Shown: positions 1 through 5,826, numbered from the stretch's first letter. The stretch: DNA of 12,329 bases from Chlamydiae bacterium RIFCSPHIGHO2_12_FULL_49_11 (GCA_001794905.1 MGLW01000061.1:1-12329); one strand, 5' to 3'. Made by a program: numbers and translations. The notes: a model not told the origin generated them from the sequence alone.

Positions 1-1
1 C

Positions 2-661
2 TCCACCCGCCCCGCAAAATCGGTCGGCACCGACGCCGACTGGGAAATGACGACGCGTGGCCTGCAATCAGCGCTCGACGAGTGGGGCAAAGAATATCGG
101 ATCAATCCGGGCGACGGGGCCTTTTACGGTCCTAAAATCGATCTCCATGTCAAAGACGCCCTCGGCCGAACCTGGCAATGCGGAACCATCCAGCTCGACA
201 TGTCGCTTCCGGAGAGGTTTGATCTTGAATATACGGGAGACGACTCCAAACCCCACCGTCCCATCATGATCCACCGCGTAATTTTCGGCTCCATCGAGCG
301 TTTTTTCGCCATCCTGGTCGAGCATTTTTCGGGCCGCTTTCCCCTGTGGCTCAGCCCGCGCCCCGTTCGCCTTATCCCCGTTGCCGACCGGCATATTGAC
401 TATGCCCGCAGCCTCAAAGAAAAATTCTTAGCGGTCATTGATCCGGTCGAAATCGATGAAAGCCACGAATCGGTCTCAAAAAAGATCCGCAATGCCCAAA
501 ATGACCAGGTCAACTACATGCTCACGGTGGGCGATGATGAACTTTCTTCCGGTCATCTTTCGGTCAGGACACGAAATAATGTGCAAATGCGCGATCTAAA
601 ACCGGAAATATTTCTTGAAAATCTGCATCAAGAAATCATTTCAAAAGCCCTCCACGCATAA
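2..661 (+). CDS. thrS: Threonyl-tRNA synthetase, 3' part (gene starts upstream of the window)
   Basis: Frame is open from position 2 (STRPAKSVGTDADWEM...). Contains the ThrRS motifs GDGAFYGPKID, WQCGTIQLD, HRVIFGSIERF, GRFPLWLSP and the anticodon-binding domain (KKIRNAQ...VGDDE). TAA at 659-661. The ATG at 47 is internal. Confidence 0.98.
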   Translation, partial: STRPAKSVGTDADWEMTTRGLQSALDEWGKEYRINPGDGAFYGPKIDLHVKDALGRTWQCGTIQLDMSLPERFDLEYTGDDSKPHRPIMIHRVIFGSIERFFAILVEHFSGRFPLWLSPRPVRLIPVADRHIDYARSLKEKFLAVIDPVEIDESHESVSKKIRNAQNDQVNYMLTVGDDELSSGHLSVRTRNNVQMRDLKPEIFLENLHQEIISKALHA

Positions 662-695
662 TTAGAGAGGGAAATGACATTTTTTCATAATTTTC

Positions 696-725
696 TCGAC
701 AATTGTCTCAACATTTTTGTATAAT
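696..725 (+). promoter_or_regulatory. Putative sigma70/sigma66-type promoter for the glycosyltransferase-like gene
   Basis: TCGACA (696-701, 5/6 match to TTGACA), 18-nt spacer, perfect TATAAT (720-725). A 10-bp palindrome GACAATTGTC (698-707) overlaps the -35. Confidence 0.55.
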
Positions 726-798
726 GCCGCCGTGCTTCTTCTCAGCAGAAAGAACAAATGGTGAAAAATTTTAAAAGGAAAACCTGAAGGAGTTTGGT

Positions 799-1386
799 TT
801 GAAACCGAAAAAAGTAATCAGCTATTTCTCGAAAAAGCTCATATCGGAGAGTGTTCGAGACCAATTTGAAGCGTCGTGCAAAAAAAATGGAATTGACTAT
901 TTCATTGAAGAAGTAGCATTCGATTCTCTCAACACGTTTTTGGCATATAAGCCTCATTTTATTATCAAAGAATTGGAAAAATCGGGGGAAGACGTCCTTT
1001 ATGTCGATATTGATTCGGTTTTTCAAAAAGCCCCTACCTTCTTCGATAAGTGTCGAGCCGATATTTCCCTGTATCTCCGCGATGAACTTCCTTTCGATGA
1101 CGATTATAAACTGGTGGCAAACACCATTTTTGCAAAACCGACCTACTCGGGAAAAAAACTTCTCAATCTGTGGAACCTCGAAGCAAAGCGCCGTTTAAAA
1201 AAACTCAAAGAAGAGACCCCTCTCCTCGATCAGCTATCTTTAAAAAAGGTGATTTTGCATTACCCCACTATTGTAGAATTGCGTCGTATCCCGCGTCCTT
1301 TCCTTTCATTCCCGTATGAAAAAAGAACCGGCGCCGTGATCGAGCACACCAATAGTATGCGCGAACATGTATTGCAAACTGCTTAG
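799..1386 (+). CDS. Putative nucleotide-diphospho-sugar transferase (GT-A fold, DxD motif), 195 aa
   Basis: AAGGAG RBS at 787-792, 6 nt before the TTG start. Pattern KPHFIIKEL...DVLYVDIDSVF (DxD after a hydrophobic strand), then LDQLSL and a C-terminal VIEH, typical of small GT-A/Nucleotid_trans-like proteins. Confidence 0.7.
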   Translation: MKPKKVISYFSKKLISESVRDQFEASCKKNGIDYFIEEVAFDSLNTFLAYKPHFIIKELEKSGEDVLYVDIDSVFQKAPTFFDKCRADISLYLRDELPFDDDYKLVANTIFAKPTYSGKKLLNLWNLEAKRRLKKLKEETPLLDQLSLKKVILHYPTIVELRRIPRPFLSFPYEKRTGAVIEHTNSMREHVLQTA

Positions 1387-1434
1387 ATTGCAATAATATT
1401 GCCTAAGTAGCATTGAGCTGCTTTGGGTGCATTG

Positions 1435-2247
1435 TCACGAGCATCGCACCTGGGGCAGGCATAAAGGCAATCGCATATTGGGTTCAATAAGTCCCATGTC
1501 GGAGAGCAATATTTTGATCCCGATCGGATTGACCCATTGGTGCGTCGCATCGATCTTTCGGCCAAGCTCTTTTTGCAACGACTCGAGAAGCTCGACATCT
1601 CCCGCTTCCAACGCATCGGCAATTTGAACAAACAGAGAGTAGTCCGCATTCCCAAGCGGCGTGATGATGCCCCCCGCTCCGGCCCGCAGCGCCGGCACAT
1701 AGAGCTCGTCATTGCCGCAAAAAAGAAGAGTACGGCTCGCCACATGGCGCATCAGCCGCAAATCTCCGGAACAATCCTTGATGCCGGAAATCCCGTCGAT
1801 GGCCGCAAGTTCCACTAGCTCTTCGGCAGAAAGGGTCTTTCCGGTGCGCCTCGGGTGGTGATATACAATTACATGCGGAATTTCTTCCGTCACCTGGGTA
1901 AAGTATTTTTTGATCCCTTCAAAGGGAGGAAGAATGTAGGGTGGTAGCATCACGAGAGCTTTTTCTACCCCCAGAGCAACCGAGCGCCTTGTACAAGCGA
2001 GAGTCTCCTGGAGCGATCCCCGTCCCGTATTCACGATCAGGTCAAATTCGGGAAACCGGCTCCGGATATAGATAATCATATCTTCGATCTCCGCCAGGGT
2101 AAGGGATGAGCCTTCCCCCGTCGTGCCGGCAATAAGGATTTGCGGTACGTTATGGAGGTGGGTAAGAAGTTTCTCTAAAGAACCGTAATCAATATTTTCC
2201 GTTGCATCGAAAGGCGTTACGAGCGCCGGGATAACTTTCTCGAACAT
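1435..2247 (-). CDS. dapA: 4-hydroxy-tetrahydrodipicolinate synthase (DapA family)
   Basis: Motifs ALVTPF, GTTGE, YHHPRRTG (Tyr133/Arg138 equivalents), Schiff-base Lys in GIKDCSGD, NPIGIK and C-terminal RLPL. AAGGAG RBS upstream of the ATG. Confidence 0.88.
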   Translation of the reverse strand: MFEKVIPALVTPFDATENIDYGSLEKLLTHLHNVPQILIAGTTGEGSSLTLAEIEDMIIYIRSRFPEFDLIVNTGRGSLQETLACTRRSVALGVEKALVMLPPYILPPFEGIKKYFTQVTEEIPHVIVYHHPRRTGKTLSAEELVELAAIDGISGIKDCSGDLRLMRHVASRTLLFCGNDELYVPALRAGAGGIITPLGNADYSLFVQIADALEAGDVELLESLQKELGRKIDATHQWVNPIGIKILLSDMGLIEPNMRLPLCLPQVRCS

Positions 2248-2594
2248 AGACTTCTCCTTTTACAAGGGGATTTTATCAGAGAAAAGATTTCATCGAGGAG
2301 TGTAATTTCGTTTTCCAGGTCGGAAAAAATTTGTTTGAACGCAATATATCCGGGAGGAGCCCTGCCCCTCTTTTCGATCTGCAAGCCCCCGTTCGGCTCG
2401 ACATGGATATTATAAAGAAGCCTGCAATAAAGGAGCGATGCCGGATCGGGGAAAGATTTCAGGGTGATGCGATGGATAGCCACAAACCCCGTATCGCAAA
2501 TTCGAATTTGATATGTATGCGACCCCACAGAAAACAAAAAATCTTTCTTGAGGGAAAGGAGAAACGAAAAGTGGGCGTAATTTTCCGGCAGCAT
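2217..2594 (-). CDS. Hypothetical protein, 125 aa
   Basis: Fills the gap between MFS and dapA in the same orientation and overlaps the dapA start by 31 nt. A near-consensus promoter ends 7 nt before its ATG. Amphipathic helix near the C-terminus. No family motif recognised. Confidence 0.6.
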   Translation of the reverse strand: MLPENYAHFSFLLSLKKDFLFSVGSHTYQIRICDTGFVAIHRITLKSFPDPASLLYCRLLYNIHVEPNGGLQIEKRGRAPPGYIAFKQIFSDLENEITLLDEIFSLIKSPCKRRSLCSRKLSRRS

Positions 2595-2601
2595 AAGCTC
2601 T

Positions 2602-2630
2602 ATTATAATTAATTAGTTATAATTATGCAA
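2602..2630 (-). promoter_or_regulatory. Putative sigma70/sigma66 promoter for hypothetical-dapA, overlapped by a 22-bp palindrome
   Basis: Minus strand: TTGCAT (2630-2625), 17 nt, TATAAT (2607-2602), 7 nt, ATG (2594). ATTATAATTAATTAGTTATAAT (2602-2623) is palindromic with one mismatched pair. Confidence 0.7.
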
Positions 2631-3863
2631 TCACATTTGGAAGTACAAACTTTTTGTCCGTGTCAAAAAAAGTCCTGCCAAAAGGGCAGACGTAGAAGAA
2701 AGTATGAAAGGAATAGCGGTGTGGAGCTCGATCAAAAATCCACCGATAAGGGGCGCCAGCACCATCGCCAGGGACTGGATCGACTGGCTCAGTCCCATAA
2801 TTTTTCCTTGAACCGACTGATCGGCGGCATTCGAAATGGCGCTGGTAAAAATAGGCCACATGCTACCGGCAAATAAAACGGCACCGGAAGTGACCCACAA
2901 AAAGGTGTGATACGTTTCGGGAACGCTCACGAAAAATCCGAGAAAGGAGAAAATGATGAGGAACAGGATGAGGAAGCGTTTCATCGGGAGGGAAGTATGC
3001 ATGAGCCACAGCATCGCGGCACTTCCTACAATCCACACGAGGCCCATAAGGGCGCTTGCATCGCCGATCATGGAAGGAAGAGAAGCAAACTTGCTCACCA
3101 TGACGGCGGGCAAAAACTGGTAAATCATATTCCAGCTGAACAGGTAATAAAAATAGATCAGGTACAGGTCGCGGATGTGATTTGTGCGGAAAGCAAGCTC
3201 TACATTTTCAATCGCTTTGGCGATTTTAAATGTGTACCGGCTCACATTCGGCATCGTCTCGTGAAAGAGCAGCCAAACGATGCAAAAATTGAAGAGGGTG
3301 AGAACAAACCCGATCCACATGGGGAATGCAAGAGAAAAAAGGGGCGAGACCGACGCATCGGAAAGTTTGCCGCCGATGAAAGGGCCGAGCACAAAAGCAA
3401 TCCCCATGATGATGGATCCGAAACTAAAATAGCGCACCTTCTCTTTTTCGGAGCGGCTCAGATCGACAAGGGTGGCAAGGCACACCGACACGTTGCCGGC
3501 GGCAAGGCCGGTAAGCAAGCGACCGAGGAAGAGCAAACTAAGGTGGACCGTTTGCACGCCCCAAGCGCTGACAAAGTATCCGATCGTTTCGATGGCGAGA
3601 GTGAGGAGAAAGGCTTTTTTTCGCCCCCGATGATCGGAGAAGTCTCCGATAACGGGAGAGAAAAAAAACTGGGCAAGAGGGAATGACGCCAAAAACACAC
3701 CCAACAAGAGAGTCCGCGTATAGAGGGAAAAAGACCGGATAAAAATCGAACTCGTTTCGGAAAGAAAAAGGGGAGCGAAGATGGGAAATACGATTGTTGC
3801 CGATAGACTTGCCATGGCAAAGGTGATGAGGACGGCCAGCATGGAGAGCTTTCTTCCCTTCAC
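2631..3863 (-). CDS. MFS transporter, TetA/DHA1-like drug:H+ antiporter family (about 12 TM)
   Basis: Motif A GDFSDHRGRKK, motif B LFLGRLLTGL, motif C GIAFVLGPFIGG, and QGKIMG in the C-terminal half. Start placed at GTG 3863 (GTGA overlap with the ung stop, GGAG 9 nt upstream). The ORF-track start at 3878 is an alternative. Confidence 0.9.
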   Translation of the reverse strand: MKGRKLSMLAVLITFAMASLSATIVFPIFAPLFLSETSSIFIRSFSLYTRTLLLGVFLASFPLAQFFFSPVIGDFSDHRGRKKAFLLTLAIETIGYFVSAWGVQTVHLSLLFLGRLLTGLAAGNVSVCLATLVDLSRSEKEKVRYFSFGSIIMGIAFVLGPFIGGKLSDASVSPLFSLAFPMWIGFVLTLFNFCIVWLLFHETMPNVSRYTFKIAKAIENVELAFRTNHIRDLYLIYFYYLFSWNMIYQFLPAVMVSKFASLPSMIGDASALMGLVWIVGSAAMLWLMHTSLPMKRFLILFLIIFSFLGFFVSVPETYHTFLWVTSGAVLFAGSMWPIFTSAISNAADQSVQGKIMGLSQSIQSLAMVLAPLIGGFLIELHTAIPFILSSTSALLAGLFLTRTKSLYFQM

Positions 3864-4543
3864 GATGCAAGACTCCACTCTATGGGCGCCATTCCGTGAC
3901 TGACAAGAAAGGCGTTGGTTTTGGAAAAGGGTTTTGTTCCGAAAAACCCTTCCACCGAGTAAGGAGACGGGTGGGACGAAGTGAGAACGAGGTGGGGGTG
4001 ATTTTTTCCGGCGAGGAATTTGGCCACTTTTTCTTTAGCGCTTTGTCCCCACAAGATGAACACGAGGGGGTCCTCACGCCGGCTGAGCACCTCGATGATT
4101 TTGTCGGTAAAGAGCTCCCATCCCTTGCCGTAATGGGATTTCGGCTCACCGCGGCGTACTGTCAATGTAGCATTGAGGAGGAGAACTCCCTGTTTTGCCC
4201 ATGCCGACAAATCCCCGTGGGGTGCGGGCATGACCCCTAAATCGCTTTCCAGCTCTTTGTAGATATTTTTTAGGGAGGGAGGTATCTTCACCCCTCTTTG
4301 CACACTAAACGACAATCCATGGGCCTGCTGAGGGCCGTGATAGGGATCCTGACCCATGATGACCACCCTCACTTTTTCATAGGGGGTGAGCCTCATTGCC
4401 CGGAACACATCTTCCGGTAGCGGGTACACTTCCCCCTTCTCGTCCTTCAAGAATTCTTTCAGTTCTGCGACATAGGGTTTTTTCAACTCTTCGGCCAGGA
4501 GAGTTGCCCAATCGGTCGGCATGGTAATAGTCGCATTTGCCAT
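3860..4543 (-). CDS. ung: Uracil-DNA glycosylase, family 1
   Basis: Motifs VVIMGQDPYHG, AHGLSFSV, PPSLKNIYKEL, WAKQGVLLLNATLTV, VFILWG and HPSP. Confidence 0.98.
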   Translation of the reverse strand: MANATITMPTDWATLLAEELKKPYVAELKEFLKDEKGEVYPLPEDVFRAMRLTPYEKVRVVIMGQDPYHGPQQAHGLSFSVQRGVKIPPSLKNIYKELESDLGVMPAPHGDLSAWAKQGVLLLNATLTVRRGEPKSHYGKGWELFTDKIIEVLSRREDPLVFILWGQSAKEKVAKFLAGKNHPHLVLTSSHPSPYSVEGFFGTKPFSKTNAFLVSHGMAPIEWSLAS

Positions 4544-4621
4544 GAGTTTTCTTTCTCTTATTTATAGAATAGTGTACACTTTTGTTGATTTTTTCAACTA
4601 TCCGAGTTTGCGGATAGATTA

Positions 4622-4697
4622 CAGGGTGTGGCGCAGCCTGGTTTAGCGCGTGTGTCTGGGGGGCACAAGGTCGGAGGTTCAAATCCTCTCACCCTGA
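4622..4697 (+). tRNA. tRNA-Pro (anticodon GGG); CCA not encoded
   Basis: Cloverleaf folded by hand: acceptor CAGGGTG/CACCCTG, D stem GCGC/GCGC with an 11-nt loop, anticodon stem TGTGT/GCACA with loop CT-GGG-GG (anticodon 4658-4660), T arm GGAGG-TTCAAAT-CCTCT, discriminator A4697 followed by ATT. Confidence 0.97.
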
Positions 4698-4720
4698 ATT
4701 TTGTATAATAGACCTCTAGG

Positions 4721-4825
4721 TCGCAAAAGGCAAAAACCATGATTTAGAGGATATGCATGATAAATGGGATAAAAAAATGATTCCATTTTTCTTCATCCTT
4801 CTTATCATGTTTTGCCTGCATGCGA
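4721..4825. repeat. Imperfect long inverted repeat with 9-bp periodic sub-repeats (MITE/REP-like relic)
   Basis: Left arm 4721-4770 TCGCAAAAGGCAAAAACCATGATTTAGAGGAT...AAATGGGAT aligns with the reverse complement of 4780-4825, TCGCATGCAGGCAAAACATGATAAGAAGGAT...AAATGGAAT. GAT recurs every 9 nt in the left arm (4741, 4750, 4759, 4768). Confidence 0.75.
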
Positions 4826-4845
4826 AGACTAACTCCCCGGCAATC

Positions 4846-4900
4846 TCTAAACTAACATCGCTGATAGTGGACTCTGCAATCGAAGTACATAGGGCATTGG
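4846..4900 (+). pseudogene. N-terminal fragment of a GxxExxY-family (PD-(D/E)xK nuclease-like) gene
   Basis: Translates as SKLTSLIVDSAIEVHRAL, matching the family's N-terminal helix (..LT..IIGAAIEVHR.LG). Similarity breaks off exactly where the GPGLLESVY signature should begin. Lies inside the 69-aa ORF 4753-4962. Confidence 0.65.
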
Positions 4901-4974
4901 TATATAACGAGTCGTCAATGATTTATAAAATTGTATCTTCGCATCCGCTATTCTCTATCTGAGCTGTCCATAGG

Positions 4975-5215
4975 ATATTGTGGGAAATTTGTTGAAAAGT
5001 GGGGTGTTGAAAAGTGGATCGGTTTGTTCAAAAGGGGGTTTTGTGCAAAAGTGGCCTCTTTTCAACAGCCGGCAAACAAGTTATGAACAGAAAAATTGAA
5101 CCCCCAGGAATGGCCTGCTGTGAAGGATGAAAAAGTTATCGACACTTCCACAGCGCAAGAATAAGAAGAAAAAAAAGAAGTCTTTAGGTTATTCTCTTAG
5201 GATAGTTGTGAGAAT
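4975..5215. other. Candidate chromosomal replication origin (oriC)
   Basis: Non-coding cluster of DnaA-box-like 9-mers. Reverse orientation: TGTGGGAAA 4979-4987, TGTTGAAAA 4990-4998 and 5005-5013, TGTTCAAAA 5025-5033, TGTGCAAAA 5042-5050. Forward orientation: TTTTCAACA 5059-5067, TTATGAACA 5081-5089, TTATCGACA 5136-5144, ACTTCCACA 5144-5152. Followed by GCGC, a trinucleotide tract (5157-5180) and AT-rich DNA. The nearest protein-coding blocks diverge from it. Confidence 0.82.
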
Positions 5216-5223
5216 TTTTGTTC

Positions 5224-5826
5224 ATGGTTCTTCTAGAAGATTTTTTTGCTGTGATTCCCTCGTGGTGTATACGGGGTTCTAAACCATGGGAATGGTTGGC
5301 ACAGCTTCCTGTTTTCTTCTCCGGTGTCGAGTGGAAGATTCGTTCGAATGTGGAAAATGCAGCGCTGATCAATGCGGAACATATTTATATCGGGGAAAAT
5401 TGCACCATTGAACCGTTTGTGACAATCAAAGGACCCGTCTATATCGGCAACGGAGTCGTGATCCGCAGCGGTGCCTATATACGAGAATATACGGTAATTT
5501 TAGACCATGCGGTGGTAGGGCATGCGAGCGAAATTTCCTGTTCAGTGATGATGGAGGGATCTCGGGCTGCCCATTTTAACTATGTGGGAAATTCGGTTGT
5601 GGGCAGAGAGGTGAACATGGGTTCACACGCGGTTCTGGCTAACGTACGGCTGGATAAAAAACCGGTGGATGTCGTGATTAACGGGAAGCGGATTGAAACG
5701 GGACTTGAAAAGTTGGGGTCGATTCTCGGAGACTCGAGCACCGTCGGTGCATCGGTTCTTTTAAATCCGGGTACAATAGTCGCTCCCGGAACCGGAGTAC
5801 TTCCGGAAGGACGGGTTCTGGTATGA
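5224..5826 (+). CDS. glmU: GlmU-like left-handed beta-helix acetyltransferase (stand-alone, Chlamydia-type glucosamine-1-phosphate N-acetyltransferase)
   Basis: Hexapeptide repeats (IGENCTIEPFVTIKGPVYIGNGVVIRSGAYIR) and motifs AAHFNYVGNSVVG, ANVRLD, TGLEKLGSILGD, LLNPGT. No N-terminal uridyltransferase domain. ATG 5224 preferred; TTG 5218 is an alternative start. Confidence 0.8.
   Translation: MVLLEDFFAVIPSWCIRGSKPWEWLAQLPVFFSGVEWKIRSNVENAALINAEHIYIGENCTIEPFVTIKGPVYIGNGVVIRSGAYIREYTVILDHAVVGHASEISCSVMMEGSRAAHFNYVGNSVVGREVNMGSHAVLANVRLDKKPVDVVINGKRIETGLEKLGSILGDSSTVGASVLLNPGTIVAPGTGVLPEGRVLV

Noticed and set aside
674-787. Short ORFs after thrS (674-724, 724-774, 758-787) as leader peptides or an N-terminal extension of the GT
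   Set aside because: Very short, with no attenuator structure or telling codon runs; the GT has its own RBS at 787-792.
1390-1426. Intrinsic terminator between the convergent GT and dapA genes
   Set aside because: Two weak hairpins (GCAATA-A-TATTGC; AAGTAGC-N5-GCTGCTT) but no U-tract on either strand; too weak to call.
2248-2594. Lysine riboswitch upstream of dapA
   Set aside because: No L-box consensus elements or terminator found; the region is an open reading frame with protein-like features.
2907-3686. 259-aa plus-strand ORF
   Set aside because: Antisense shadow of the hydrophobic MFS gene; its K/E/H-rich composition is what reverse-complemented TM codons give, and it has no motif.
4753-4962. 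69-aa ORF as a genuine small membrane protein
   Set aside because: Its N-terminal hydrophobic part is the translation of the inverted-repeat arm and its middle is a GxxExxY stub, so it is better explained as a chimeric relic. Expression cannot be excluded.
4938-4962. Duplicated tRNA 3' end (attR) marking an integrated island
   Set aside because: Only patchy similarity to TTCAAATCCTCTCACCCTGA, and there is no integrase in the window.
4990-5067. CRISPR array or plasmid iterons
   Set aside because: Repeats are only 13 bp with 0-7 bp gaps and mixed orientation, with no cas or rep gene. DnaA-box-like cores explain them better.
5184-5372. 62-aa minus-strand ORF, and 4377-4682 across the tRNA
   Set aside because: They overlap glmU/origin DNA, or the tRNA and ung, and have no coding hallmarks.
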